Of a DNA stretch of 64,000 nucleotides, positions 12,873-26,366 are shown one piece after another. The stretch is taken from the NCBI GenBank assembly GCA_002269645.1, contig NIVC01000655.1:124001-188000 (forward strand), in the 5' to 3' direction. The notes under the pieces were generated by a model. The model saw only the letters and a program-made list of their open reading frames with translations, was not told the DNA's origin and searched no databases. The stretch is from Macrostomum lignano (Eukaryota). Position 1 is the first letter of the stretch; every line of letters starts with the position of its first letter. A program made the position numbers and the translations under genes.

Positions 12873-15449
12873 TCACTTGAAAAAATTTCCACGTGAGTAC
12901 ACCCGAGCCACAGTAGACTGCAGGTGAGATACAAAAATAAGATCACTGCTAGCGAAAATGCAGGACACTGGAGCAGAAGGTGAGCTCTCGACTGTCTGCA
13001 ACAGGCGACCGTCAGGAAGGTGCACCTTCAGATAGTCACGCCTGGCGACAAACACGAGACCGCGATCATCAGCGCAGAAGGCTGAGCCCTCACCAAGCTT
13101 CTCATCAGAGAATGCTGAGGTGACCCCAGTCTCCAGGCAGTGATGCAGCAGCCGACTGCTCATCGGACAGGCGAACAGCAAACCCGATTTGCACAGGGAG
13201 ATACCAAACACACCGGCAGAGGCTGCATCAGTTGGCAGCTCGCTGAGCTCAATCACACTCTGCAGCTCAAGGGACTCAGCTGAGAAGCAGACGACACTCA
13301 GCCTGGCGTGAGCAGCAGAGACTCCGGCCACAAACACTTTGTCAGCATTGGCTGTCAGTCCCGTCAGCCTCTGCAGCTGGTCCACCTTTCTGCTGCGAAC
13401 TATGCAGCCGCTGAGGTCTGCCAGGGCTACCGACACGACGGCAGGTGCTGCAGGTGTTGATGCAGATGTCACTGCAGGTGCAAACGAAAATGTCGCTGCA
13501 GTTGTTGATGCAGATGTCGCTGCAGGTGCAAACGAAAATGTCGCTGCAGTTGTTGATGCAGATGTCGCTGCAGGTGCAAACGAAAATGTCGCTGCAGTTG
13601 TTGATGCAGATGTCGCTGCAGGTGCAAACGAAAATGTCGCTGCAGTTGTTGATGCAGATGTCGCTGCAGGTGCAAACGAAAATGTCGCTGCAGTTGTTGA
13701 TGCAGATGTCACTGCAGGTGCAAACGAAAATGTCGCTGCAGGTGTTGATGCAAGTTTTGCTGGAGGTGCAAACGATGTCGCTGCAGTTACTGAAGATGAT
13801 GTTGGACGTGGTGCTGCAAATGTTGCTGCTGGTTTTGATGCAGATGCTTTTCTAGGTGCTTCAACAGATGATGTAAAAACGCCGACAGATGCATCTGAAG
13901 ACGTGCCAAAGCTCAATCCAAAACCTGTACGAGCCGTAAAAGAGAGTTGTTCACGTCCTTCGGCAGACGCTCCACTAGGCCCTCTACCAGACGCCAAGGC
14001 CAGCCGAGGACCACCAGGTACCCAGCACAGGTCGTTCGGCTTCTGATCCCAGCCTGTCAGTTTGCAGTAAAATCGAGAGTCCGAGTTCTCACAGTCGATG
14101 AACAGCAGAGAGTCCAGAGAATCCGACCGGAGCACAACCAGGCACTCAGCTGGCAGCGGGTTGGAACACGGATCCGACGTCACCTGACCTAACAAGCCAA
14201 TGAAGAAGCCGGTAGTGTTGCTGCACACTGTTAAACGGGTCGTCCCAGAGCAAGATTGTAGGCCAGTTGAATTGGACATGCGGATTGGCAAAACTCCAAC
14301 CTGTTCATCCGTCTCCGCAGGCACTTGGGCACTTTGGTTTGTCTGACCGACACCAAACCAAGGAACTTTTGAATTGCTTTCTATAGATTGAGGAAAGCCG
14401 AAAGCAACTAGTGTGCCTGTTTTACCTGCGGTAGATGCAACTGCATCAGTGAAAGCCGTAGCAGAGTTCCTGCTGAATGCCGAAGCACTCGATGAGGCAC
14501 CGCCTCGGCTGGACGTAGAAGAATTCAGTCGGCGAGTGCAATGCCTCTGAGTGGATCTCTCAACCCGATTGCTAAGCAACCAACTCCGATATGGAGACTT
14601 ATGAACAACATCCGCATTGAGTGACAACACAAGACTAGCAGTGACAGCTGGCTCAGAGCAATAGCAAAGCTTGCTAAGTTCAGCTTGAAGCAACAGCGTC
14701 AAAGAGTGAAGACGACGCTGCAAATTCGGACAGTCAATCACTGGCTGCTCGCAGTCTATATTCTTTAGAAGCGACTTGGCTTTGAAAATTTCGTTCGTCT
14801 GCTGCTCAGCATCGGCAGCCTGAGCTCTGGCTACCTGTCTGTCGACTCTCTCCAGATTCTGCAGACAGCCCGACACCTGCTCCTGGATGGCGGCAATCTC
14901 TGCACACAAACTGTTCTTAGTCTGGCCCAGCATCTCCTGCATCTCGCCCAGCAACTCCTCAACCGTCTGCACATCGTGCTCAAGCCGCCACTTGGCGCTC
15001 ACAATTCTCTTTCTGGCCGGCTCCAAGCGCCTGTGAGACTCGGTGAGTCGAGACAGCTTCGACCTGAGCTGCTCCAGCTCCGACTGCAGGTGAGACTCGC
15101 ACACCGACATTCTGGACACCGGACCGCAGGCGCTGACGCTCCGTGAGCTGCAGTTCAGCTGTGAGCAGGCGGCCTCTGTTCCCAGCTGCTGCGGCTCCTT
15201 CGGCGTGGTGCCTCCAGCTGCCGTCATCATGCGGTACATCTGCACCATCTGGCTGGTCTTGGCGTCCGGCGTCAGCTGCTCCGGTGGCACCGCGCACACC
15301 TGGCCGCACACTGGGCAGCTGCGGCCACCGCTGCAGTCGGCCGGAAGCGACCGGAAGCAGCGCAGGCAGACGGTGTGGCGACACGGCAGCTCGCGGGGCT
15401 CCGTGAACAGCTGGGAGCACAGGGGGCAGGACACGAAGCTGGCGTCCAT
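12873..15449 (-). CDS. RING-finger (TRIM-like) protein, 858 aa: RING, degenerate B-box, coiled coil, beta-propeller-like C-terminus with an FSF-repeat insert
   Basis: CPLC..PRELPCRHTVCLRC..CPVC is a C3HC4 RING; a heptad-rich region follows; the C-terminus has NHL/WD-like hydrophobic strands. Single long ORF. Confidence 0.75.
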   Translation of the reverse strand: MDASFVSCPLCSQLFTEPRELPCRHTVCLRCFRSLPADCSGGRSCPVCGQVCAVPPEQLTPDAKTSQMVQMYRMMTAAGGTTPKEPQQLGTEAACSQLNCSSRSVSACGPVSRMSVCESHLQSELEQLRSKLSRLTESHRRLEPARKRIVSAKWRLEHDVQTVEELLGEMQEMLGQTKNSLCAEIAAIQEQVSGCLQNLERVDRQVARAQAADAEQQTNEIFKAKSLLKNIDCEQPVIDCPNLQRRLHSLTLLLQAELSKLCYCSEPAVTASLVLSLNADVVHKSPYRSWLLSNRVERSTQRHCTRRLNSSTSSRGGASSSASAFSRNSATAFTDAVASTAGKTGTLVAFGFPQSIESNSKVPWFGVGQTNQSAQVPAETDEQVGVLPIRMSNSTGLQSCSGTTRLTVCSNTTGFFIGLLGQVTSDPCSNPLPAECLVVLRSDSLDSLLFIDCENSDSRFYCKLTGWDQKPNDLCWVPGGPRLALASGRGPSGASAEGREQLSFTARTGFGLSFGTSSDASVGVFTSSVEAPRKASASKPAATFAAPRPTSSSVTAATSFAPPAKLASTPAATFSFAPAVTSASTTAATFSFAPAATSASTTAATFSFAPAATSASTTAATFSFAPAATSASTTAATFSFAPAATSASTTAATFSFAPAVTSASTPAAPAVVSVALADLSGCIVRSRKVDQLQRLTGLTANADKVFVAGVSAAHARLSVVCFSAESLELQSVIELSELPTDAASAGVFGISLCKSGLLFACPMSSRLLHHCLETGVTSAFSDEKLGEGSAFCADDRGLVFVARRDYLKVHLPDGRLLQTVESSPSAPVSCIFASSDLIFVSHLQSTVARVYSRGNFFK
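13445..13750 (-). repeat. In-frame 48-bp coding minisatellite, 6 copies of AATFSFAPAATSASTT
   Basis: Direct, inside the RING ORF. Confidence 0.9.
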
Positions 15450-15569
15450 GCTGCAATGGCGGTGGTTGCAGAGCTTGCAGTCAGCCTCATCACTGCTCAG
15501 GGAATTGTCATACTGAAAACTCTAATTGAAATTGGGACAGTACCTAAAAGTTTAGCATTCAGTCTCACT

Positions 15570-16140
15570 GCTCCTAAACTTCTCAAGACTTAAACTTCTC
15601 AGGAGTCAGGACCTAAACTTTTCAGGACCTAAACTTCTCAGGACCTAAACTTCATAATACCTAAACTTCACATGACCTAAACTTCACATGACCTAAACTT
15701 CTCAGGACCTAAACTTCACATGACCTAAACTTCTCAGGACCTAAACTTCACATGACCTAAACTTCACATGACCTAAACTTCACATGACCTAAACTTCACA
15801 TGACCTAAACTTCACATGACCTAAACTTCTCAGGACCTAAACTTCTCAGGACCTAAACTTCACATGACCTAAACTTCACATGACCTAAACTTCACATGAC
15901 CTAAACTTCACATGACCTAAACTTCACATGACCTAAACTTCACATGACCTAAACTTCACATGACCTAAACTTCACATGACCTAAACTTCTCAGGACCTAA
16001 ACTTCACATGACCTAAACTTCTCAGGACCTAAACTTCACATGAGCTAAACTTCTCAGGACCTAAACTTCACATGACCTAAACTTCTCAAGACCTAAATAA
16101 ACTTTTAAAGTCTAAATTTCACAAGACCTAAACTTTTTAA
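15570..16140. repeat. 16-bp minisatellite (GACCTAAACTTCACAT / GACCTAAACTTCTCAG) upstream of the RING gene
   Basis: Direct. Confidence 0.92.
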
Positions 16141-16231
16141 GACTTAAATTTTACAAGACAAAAAATTCAGAAGACCAACATCTTGAAGGACATAGAAGTA
16201 ATTTTACAGCAAAAACTTCCAGAGGACCTAA

Positions 16232-16504
16232 AGGGCCTGTCAACTTAAGCTCATAAAGTGTAGCCCGAGAAATCTATGTACACAAATGATATGTCATTCT
16301 GCTCACAGTGACAAGGGAATAAGCAAGGAGATAATTAGGGACACCACTTTTTGAGCTTAGCTTAAGTTGATATAATATTTCCAATTATCACCTTGTTTAT
16401 TCTCACTTATCCCAAGTCCCAGTTTTGTCACTGTGAGCAGAATGACGCATCATTTGTGTAAATAGACCCGGGCTCCACTTTATGAGCTTAAGTTGACAGG
16501 TTCT
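16232..16504. mobile_element. Palindromic MITE-like element with ~110-125-bp imperfect TIRs
   Basis: CCTGTCAACTTAAGCTCATAAAGTG...TCATTCTGCTCACAGTGACAA is mirrored at 16425-16500. Flanks CTAA/TTCA resemble a degraded TTAA target, so it may be Kolobok-like. Confidence 0.7.
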
Positions 16505-18544
16505 TTCAAAACACCACAGATCAAATTAGTAACCCACTTCACAACATCAAAACTTTGTACAAGACCTAAATTATGACTGTGGGAGCTAAAAATGTTATTT
16601 TGATATAAATTTTAGGTGTTTAGAAGGCATCTAAAAGATTACAAAGAAATAAAAAATAATAAGACACAATACTTTGTGTTAATAAACTGTTTTAAAAGGT
16701 GCGCCAGAATGAAAAGCCGCAACTATAATTATTATTATTAGCAGGTGAACATCATTGACACACTTTTATTTATCGACAGTATTAGCGTATGCATATTTAT
16801 GCTTAATAATCCTTCCGCAGGCTAATAAATTGAATTGGAGACAAAGCCAAATGTGGTAGAAAACTCGTGAGAGTTTAACTGAAGACAGTTCATGTGAAAG
16901 AATCAATCGATGATGCATAGACCAAAAATATAAATATAAATGTGGACTTTTACAAAATCGCGAAGGCCCTGTCTCATAAGCAGTCCCACGCTAAGGACTA
17001 ATCGGTGATATTTGTACATACTTAGCTATTATGGATAAATCGAAAGGCCAATAATATGCATTCATGCAAAGCCCACCTGGGGGCCTTGAAATCTTCTAAA
17101 CAGAAAGCGGAGCGAAGCAAAGCTAGAAAAGAATATTTCAAAAATTATCAAGTAATATTTTATTCAATTGAAAGGATGCTCGCGGTTAAACAGCTACTAA
17201 CAGTACGAATTCTGCTATATAGATTTTAACTACTGTTAGTAGCGACACGCGAGAAACTGCGGATAAACAGTTGAAACGCGGATATCGGAGAAACGGCATT
17301 TGGGTCGAAATCGATTGAACTAAAAGTTGCGTTCGTAAAGTAGGCCTATTAATAGTAACTTTCTTCCCAGAGAAACCAACTGGAAGCAAGTTAGCGAAGA
17401 TTGATTTGATCGGCACATTTTAACAAAATTACACCACTAGCCGATATGTATCGAAAGTAATTAATGAGAGAACAAATATTCAAATAATTTTTTGTTTATA
17501 CTACTAGAATATGCAATACAGTAAGCATTAAGTGGGACTAAAAATCCAAATCTAATATGTATACATAGCTTGTTACTTCGTATTTACTACGCTGATATTA
17601 CGGGAAACGATAAAAAACACACTCGAAAAGTGCCCCTCCATTGACATTGTAGCTTTATTAAGTTTTTTACGCTACATATCGGCACTAGACTTTTGAAACC
17701 TTTAAACAAAAATTTTTGACCCTTTGTATAATTTTAAAAAATATAATTTTTATCTAATTATTATTTATGAAAAGAAACTACTAGACTTTATATTTTACAA
17801 AAAGCAAAATAAGAAATCAAAGTTATATTACACAGATAAATAGGAACGCGCGGAAAGCAAGCGTGAATTTTTTGTTCCCAATATTAATAAAAGAGAGTTA
17901 CGCGCATACAAACTACTAACAGTCAGTCAGTAGTAACATATTACGCCTGCAAGACAGACTCAGTGTTCTGCCAAAATAATTAATAATTACATTGCCATTA
18001 CGGCATTTAATATTTGTTGCGATTATTTTGGAAGACAAGGCATTTACCGGTAAATATACAATAATTACTACTACTACTAACAGCTTCTACTGTTAAGTGG
18101 TAGCAACAATGAAAAACTACATATAAAATTGGATCAATTAAATTTTAGACATATCTATTGTAAGTAGCAGGGTATGAAGAGGGCAGTTAATTGAATCAAC
18201 AAGAGAAACATGCAAATATTCTATTCACTGTTTATACATGCAAATTATTAATTAATTATTATAAAGAAGCACCAGTGACTGTTTGCAGTCTTTCGAATTT
18301 TCGATTTGACAATAATATTAACTCGCTAATAATTAAATCAACAATGCAGGTGAAAACAAGTTATACGAAATAAGCAAGAGGGATTAGGTTGAAGCAATTT
18401 TATTATATAAATAAAAATATGAATTCAAAATTTACACAAGACCTACTCGAGAGTGCACTACAGACATTTGATAGCCTCAGATTTATTTAAAGGCTCGGAT
18501 TGTGTTTGATAAAACTGGGAATATAGGCGTTACCAGCTGTATAC

Positions 18545-19610
<1,066 letters not shown>

Positions 19611-19750
19611 ATAATAAATCAATTATTTATTATATGCTATATATTATTATTATTGTAAGTTATTATAGCTTAGAGCTATAAATTATTTTTATAAGCAGCG
19701 AATTAAAAATAACAAACAAATAAGCTACGCAAAGTACTCAAACACAAAAG

Positions 19751-22700
19751 TCATCGGCCAGTCAGCCAGGTATAAAGCGACACAGTCAGGGACACCAGCA
19801 GGATGAGCAGCGGCAGCGCAGCCGCAGCCGACAACAGCCGATTCCGCTCTGTCAGGCGTTGCAATTGAAGCCGCTCAGCGTCCAAAGCTTGACGCGACGC
19901 GGCTTGCAATTCGCGGCACTGCTCAGCTAGGCGGTCGCGCTCTCGCCGACCCTGCTCAAGGTCGGCTTCCGCGGCGGCGACTCGTTCTAGCGAGGCCGCA
20001 TAGTCGGCGCGCAGACGATCAGTTTCGGCTAGCGAATCTGCCAGGCGGCTGCGCAGATCGGCGGCAGATTCTGGCGCCGCGGGGGCAGCGGCGGCGGCCG
20101 ACAGAAGCTGCTCAGCTCGAGCCAGACTGTCGGCATCGGCGCGTAGTCGGCGCAGCAAACCGATTAGCCAATCAGCTGTTACAGGCGCGTCAGCGTCCGG
20201 ATCCTTCACTTCCGTTTCCGGTTGGGAATCAACTTCCGGTTGGTTGGCTTCCGCTTCAGCTTGGGGCAGTTGGGATTCCAGTTGGGATATTTGGGTCAAG
20301 GCGGATTCCAGCTGGCGATGAAGATTGGCCACGTTGCGACCGGAGACGTCGAGGGCGTCTTGCTGTTCGGCTACGAGATCGCGGTACACCTGCAGTCGGC
20401 GGTGAAGTTATTTTCGATACATATCGGCGATTATTTAGAATCATAATTGGGTTAAATTATCAGAGTGTACATGCCTGACGATAAGATAATCTCAGGGACT
20501 TTGTACACCCTGTGTGAGCATGTGTTTGATTGCGTGCCTGAGTACAGTATTGGCGCGCTTGTCTGTGCTCAGGAGCCAGCGGAATAGGCAGAATTATCTC
20601 AGCACTGGTTGCCTTAGTCTCAATGAAAAACTATGAAAATCCAGATCTTTGATGTAAAATCCGGCCTTCAATTCAAAGACTTTCTAAGAAACCGACCTAT
20701 CCCCATCTCATCCTTGACAACGTCAAAGACCAAGATGTTCTTGGTTGTAAGCCAAGTGTGACTGGTCCAGCTCGCTCTCAAGATGCGCCTCAAAAAACTG
20801 AAAACCCCTCCACTCTCCATACGAAGTAGGACATATCGACTCACCTGCAATTGGGTTCTCAATTCGGCTTCGGCCGGCTCGTCTGTAACTGGCGAAGAGG
20901 ACTCATCAGCGGCCTGTACGGCAGTGTCGGCAGTAGGAACGGAGATTCGAACTCCGGACTGCGCTGTGGTGACGCCGCAGCCGCCGCTGACACCTGCTGA
21001 TGAATCTGCATCGGACGGAGCAGCTGCTGATGCTGCTGGAGGAGAATTTCCTGCTCCATCACCGTCAACATTGTCGGCGGTGGAGGCGGCTGTTGCGGCG
21101 GTAGCGTCAGCGGCTTTGTCCGGTTGCTCAGCTGCCAGGAGCTGTCGATCAAGATCGGCGAAGCTCTGATCCACGAGAGCGCCGCCGAGGTCGCGGATCT
21201 GATTGGGGGCGATGGGATTTCAATGAATGAGTCAGGATTCTACTCGTAAGAGTCAGGATTCTACTCGTAAGAGTCAGGATTTCTACTCGTAAGAGTCAGG
21301 ATTTCTAATCGTAAGAGTCAGGATTTCTACTCGTAAGAGTCAGGATTTCTACTCGTAAGAGTCAGGATTTCTACTCGTAAGAGTCAGGATTTCTACTCGT
21401 AAGAGTCAGGATTTCTACTCGTAAGAGTCAGGATTCTATGAGTCAGGATTCTATGAGTCAGGATTCTACTCGTAAGAGTCAGGATTCTACTCGTAAGAGT
21501 CACGATTCTACTCGTAAGAGTCAGGATTCTATGAGTTAGGATTCTACTTGTAAGAGTCAGGATTTTAAAAGTCAGGATTCAACTTGTAAGAGTCAGGATT
21601 CTATGAGTCAGGATTCTACTCGTAAGAGCTAGGATTTTAAGACTCAGGATTTTAAGAATTAATTGGCAGAGAATTATAAAAGCAATAAAAAAATTGATTA
21701 CACCTTCCCAAATTGAGCCAGATGTGCAACCGACAGCTCAGCCGCAGTTATTGAGCGGCGCATCTGAAGGCTGCATATGGCTGTTCAGTCCAAGGACTAA
21801 GGGGTTCGCCACACACACCCTCAATTACCCAGCTAATGCTGGCACCCATTTTACAGCTGGGTGAACTGAAGCAATGCATAGAGCTAAGTGTGTTGCTCAA
21901 GGACACAAACTAGAATCGAACCATAAAACTCCAAAACTCCATAGAACAAACAGATTTTAAAAAAGATTTCATTAGCAACGCACCTCCCCAGCCAGAGCAG
22001 CGCCCTCCTGCTTCGCAGCGGCCAGCTCCTGCTTGAGCTGGCCAGTGTCCCGATCGTACTGAGCCGACAGGGCCTGCAGCTGCTCCCTGGCCTGACCGCA
22101 GGCGTCTCTCAATTCTCGAGCCTCGTCGCGACTTTCCAACCAGCCGCGCTCCAACTGGCCGGCCCGTTCCAGAGCTTGGCCGCGCTCGGCCAGACAGGCG
22201 TCTAGGCGAGCTTTCAGCGCCTCCTCGGCCTTGGCCTGCCGTTCGACGGCTTCTTGCAGACAGTCGCGTACGCCGTCATTGCCGCCGCCGACGCCGCTGT
22301 TAGACCTGGCCAAAGCCAGCTGATTCTCCAGCAGCTCTAGCCGGCCAACAGCCGCTCCTCGTTGAGCACAGCCGACCAGGACGCGTCGCCGAGAGCTCCG
22401 ACGCTGTCTAGTAATTCGCGAAATTTGTCCAATTTAGCCCGATGGTGTTCTCGCGATGCAGAGCCTCCTGTAGGTACTGGCTGAGCTGGTACAGCTGCTC
22501 CTGGTTCACCGAGTTCGCCTGAGCACTGGCCGGCCCGCCGGGACCTCCGCTGGAGCCTTCGCCGCCGCTGCCGCCTGCTGCCGTCATTGCCGATGTTGGA
22601 GGTCGGCGAGCTTCGCTACCGTCGGGATGAAACAGCGTCACCTGGGCAATGATGCAGCCGTGGGTGACCTTCTTGGTGTTCTCCATCACGTCAACACCTA

Positions 22701-23841
22701 GCTGGACAATGTCGCCGCTGTACAGCTCTCGAGGCGCGCTCTCCTCGTTGCCCTTGCCTAAGCGTTGATTATTAACAAACGTGCCGTTGCTGCTTTTGGT
22801 GTCTTTCAGCCAGAACTTGCCGTCCTCGTACCTTAACAGAAAAACAAAATTGGATTTCTTTAAATGAGGCCTTCGGAATTGATGGTGGGCTAACCAGAAT
22901 TAAGGATAGGGTTCTCAGAATCTAGGATCAGGCCCCAAAAAAATAGGTTGAGATTCCAAGAAACTAGAATAGGGTTCTCAGAATCTATTATCGATTATCC
23001 GAGAATTGGAGACGGGATTCCAAGAATCAGAGATGGGATTCCAAGAATCGGAGTGGGGATTTTAAGAATCTGATTGGGGATTCCAAGAATCGGATTGGGA
23101 TTCTAAGAATCGGATTGGGGATTCCAAGAATCAGAGATGGGATTTCAAGAATCAGAGATGGGATTCCAAGAATCGGATTGGGGATTCCAAGAATCGGATT
23201 GGGATTCTAAGAATCGGATTGGGGATTCCAAGAATCAGAGATGGGATTTCAAGAATCAGAGATGGGATTCCAAGAATCGGATTGGGGATTCCAAGAATCG
23301 GATTGGGGATTCCAAGAATTGAAGCGGAGATGGGATTCCAAGAATCGGGTTGGATATTTCAAGAATCGGGTTGGATATTTCAAGAATCGGGTTGGATATT
23401 TCAAGAATCGGGTTGGATATTTCAAGAATCGGTATGGGGATAATGTGGCCGCTCAGGGGATCGAACCAGGGTCCTTCAGCTACTCGGCTATCCATTCAAA
23501 GCCAACAAAGATTGGGAGAATCAATAAAAAATATCATGAAACCGCAAAACGCACCACAGCACGGCGTGATTCCTGCTCAGCACTTTGCAATCGAAAATCG
23601 CATTGCCAGCGTCTGGCTTGGATTTGGCAACGGAACGGCCAATTTTGATGAGTTCAACAACCGGCACTTGGCGCTCGCTGAATGGATGCGACTGTGGCCG
23701 GCATTTGAAGCACGCCTTGGCCACGTGACTGCCGTTCAATTGGCGCTCCTGCAACGGCGACGCCTGGTCGAGATCGGGTAGCGTTGCCGATGATAGAATC
23801 AAACTATCGGAATCGTTTGAGTCCATTGAGTACACACTCAT
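19751..23841 (-). CDS. SLMAP: Sarcolemmal membrane-associated protein; exons 23841-23555, 22831-21984 (two apparent 1-nt deletions), possibly 21763-21704, 21198-20845, 20389-19751
   Basis: FHA domain [30 protein letters not shown]|[51 protein letters not shown], coiled coils and a C-terminal tail anchor. Splice phases are consistent. Confidence 0.9.
21230..21650. repeat. 21-22-bp minisatellite (GAGTCAGGATTTCTACTCGTAA) in an SLMAP intron
   Basis: Direct. Confidence 0.92.
21785..21922 (-). mobile_element. CORE-like SINE copy 2 (5'-truncated) in an SLMAP intron
   Basis: GGTTCGATTC followed by TGTGTCCTTGAGCAACACAC...GCATTGCTTCAGTTCACCCAGCTGTAAAATGGG; shares this block with copy 1. Confidence 0.72.
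23020..23432. repeat. 21-22-bp minisatellite (GGGATTCCAAGAATCGGATTG) in SLMAP intron 1
   Basis: Direct. Confidence 0.92.
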
Positions 23842-24179
23842 GATGATGCTGGTGAGGATGATTGACAAACTCGATAAACGGTTTCAGTTACCAGAAATAG
23901 TGATAGCAGCAAATAAGCGCACAACTCTGTATATATTCGCTAGATGCTACTCGTTTGTCATTTCAATTAAGTAGCTAAAGTAGCAAGTGTGCCAGCCGGA
24001 ATTAGTTGAAGCGATTGCGGTTCCGGCCTGCTTGTCACATCTTCCGGTTGTGGAGCATGCATATGATTTATTGTTTGATTGTTTAGCAAGTGCTGGTCTG
24101 TTTCAGGACTTTACGATCAGGGACTCAAGGATTTGAACCATTATAATGATGTGGGAGTTTGATTGTGGCCAATCAACTA

Positions 24180-24572
24180 AGCATCTGGGAGGCTGGCCCA
24201 GCAACTGAGGATCTGGGAGGCTGGACCAGCAACTGAGGATCTGGGAGGCTGGCCCAGCAACTGAGGATCTGGGAGGCTGGCCCAGCAACTGAGGATCTGG
24301 GAGGCTGGCCCAGCAACTGAGGATCTGGGAGGCTGGCCCAGCAACTGAGGATCTGGGAGGCTGGCCCAGCAACTGAGGATCTGGGAGGCTGGCCCAGCAA
24401 CTGAGGATCTGGGAGGCTGGCCCAGCAACTGAGGATCTGGGAGGCTGGCCCAGCAACTGAGGATCTGGGAGGCTGGCCCAGCAACTGAGGATCTGAGAGG
24501 CTGGCCCAGCAACTGAGGATCTGGGAGGCTGGCCCAGCAACTGAGGATCTGGGAGGCTTGCCCAGCAACTGA
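24180..24572. repeat. 28-bp minisatellite (GCAACTGAGGATCTGGGAGGCTGGCCCA), about 14 copies
   Basis: Direct. Confidence 0.95.
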
Positions 24573-25229
24573 GGGCTAGCGAATATGATTTAATAACTTA
24601 AAAACTGTACAAAGAACGAGCAAAAGCAGAGAAGTCGATAAAAGACAAAGGAACGACAATACATCCGAATTTATTACCTTCAAAAGCATCAAATAACAAT
24701 TCGAACTAAGATATTTTTTATCGAATAAAACAATCGAAATAACATAAGGGAACAACAAATATTTACTGATACAGCAGACTGAACAATACGATGATTTAAA
24801 CAAGATCGTAGGGAAACCCAGACAATAACATTGCATTGCAAAAGCTAAGAGCAAAATTTGGTGGATGCGGCATGATGTAAATTAACGCTAAATTAATTAA
24901 CTTTGAAAACAAAGAAGACTGCTGCACGATGGCGAAAGAAGAGGCAAGGAAAAAGATGTCTAGAGTCAGAAGACATCAGAAAATAAATGGAGAAAACTAC
25001 CGTAGGTGAAGTATGCATTATAAAAAATTATAAATATCACACTGCAGATCACAAATGTAATGAGAGCAATCAATTATAAGCTTTTACAATACAACAATAA
25101 TAAGAAAAATGATCTGATTAACTACAATAGATGATTAACTGAGTATGTCTTGCATTGTAAAACAGAAACTGCGTTCTCTATAGGAGAAATTAGCGATTAG
25201 AGACGAGCCATGACTGTACAGAGCAAATC

Positions 25230-26366
25230 GGGGTATAGATCAGGGAGGGTTGAGAGGGTATAGATCAGAGAGGGTTGAGAGGGTATAGATCAGAGAGGGT
25301 TGAGAGGGTATAGATCAGGGAGGGTTGAGAGGGTATAGATCAGAGAGGGTTGAGAGGGTATAGATCAGAGAGGGTTGAGAGGGTATAGATCAGAGAGGGT
25401 TGAGAGGGTATAGATCAGGGAGGGTTCAGAGGGTATAGATCAGGGAGGGTTGAGAGGGTATAGATCAGAGAGGGTTGAGAGGGTATAGATCAGAGAGGGT
25501 TGAGAGGGTATAGATCAGGGAGGGTTGAGAGGGTATAGATCAGAGAGGGTTGAGAGGGTATAGATCAGAGAGGGTTGAGAGGGTATAGATCAGAGAGGGT
25601 TGAGAGGGTATAGATCAGGGAGGGTTCAGAGGGTATAGATCAGGGAGGCTTGAGAGGGATCAGGGAGGGTTGAGAGGGTATAGATCAGGGAGGGTTGAGA
25701 GGGTATAGATCAGGGAGGGTTGAGAGGGTATAGATCAGAGAGGGTTGAGAGGGTATAGATCAGGGAGGCTTGAGAGGGTATAGATCAGAGAGGGTTGAGA
25801 GGGTATAGATCAGGGAGGGTTGAGAGGGTATAGATCAGAGAGGGTTGAGAGGGTATAGATCAGGGAGGCTTGAGAGGGTATAGATCAGAGAGGGTTGAGA
25901 GGGTATAGATCAGGGAGGGTTGAGAGGGTATAGATCAGGGAGGATTGAGAGGGTATAGATCAAGGAGGGTTGAGAGGGTATAGATCAGGGAGGGTTGAGA
26001 GGGTATAGATCAGGGAGGGTTGAGAGGGTATAGATCAGGGAGGGTTGAGAGGGTATAGATCAGGGAGGGTTGAGAGGGTATAGATCAGGGAGGGTTGAGA
26101 GGGTATAGATCAGGGAGGGTTGAGAGGGTATAGATCAGGCAGGGTTGAGAGAGTATAGATCAGGGAGGGTTGAGAGGGTATAGATCAGGGAGGGTTGAGA
26201 GGGTATAGATCAGAGAGGGTTGAGAGGGTATAGATCAGAGAGGGTTGAGAGGGTATAGATCAGGGAGGGTTGAGAGGGTATAGATCAGGGAGGGTTCAGA
26301 GGGTATAGATCAGGGAGGGTTCAGAGGGTATAGATCAGGGAGGGTTCAGAGGGTATAGATCAGGGA
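25230..26366. repeat. 25-bp minisatellite (GAGGGTATAGATCAGGGAGGGTTGA), about 45 copies
   Basis: Direct. Confidence 0.95.

Noticed and set aside
23450-23495. B-box-like GGTTCGATCCC fragment in SLMAP intron 1
   Set aside because: Too short; no A-box or SINE body recognisable.
24576-25220. Gene between the 28-bp and 25-bp arrays
   Set aside because: Only short AT-rich ORFs; more consistent with UTR or outron sequence.
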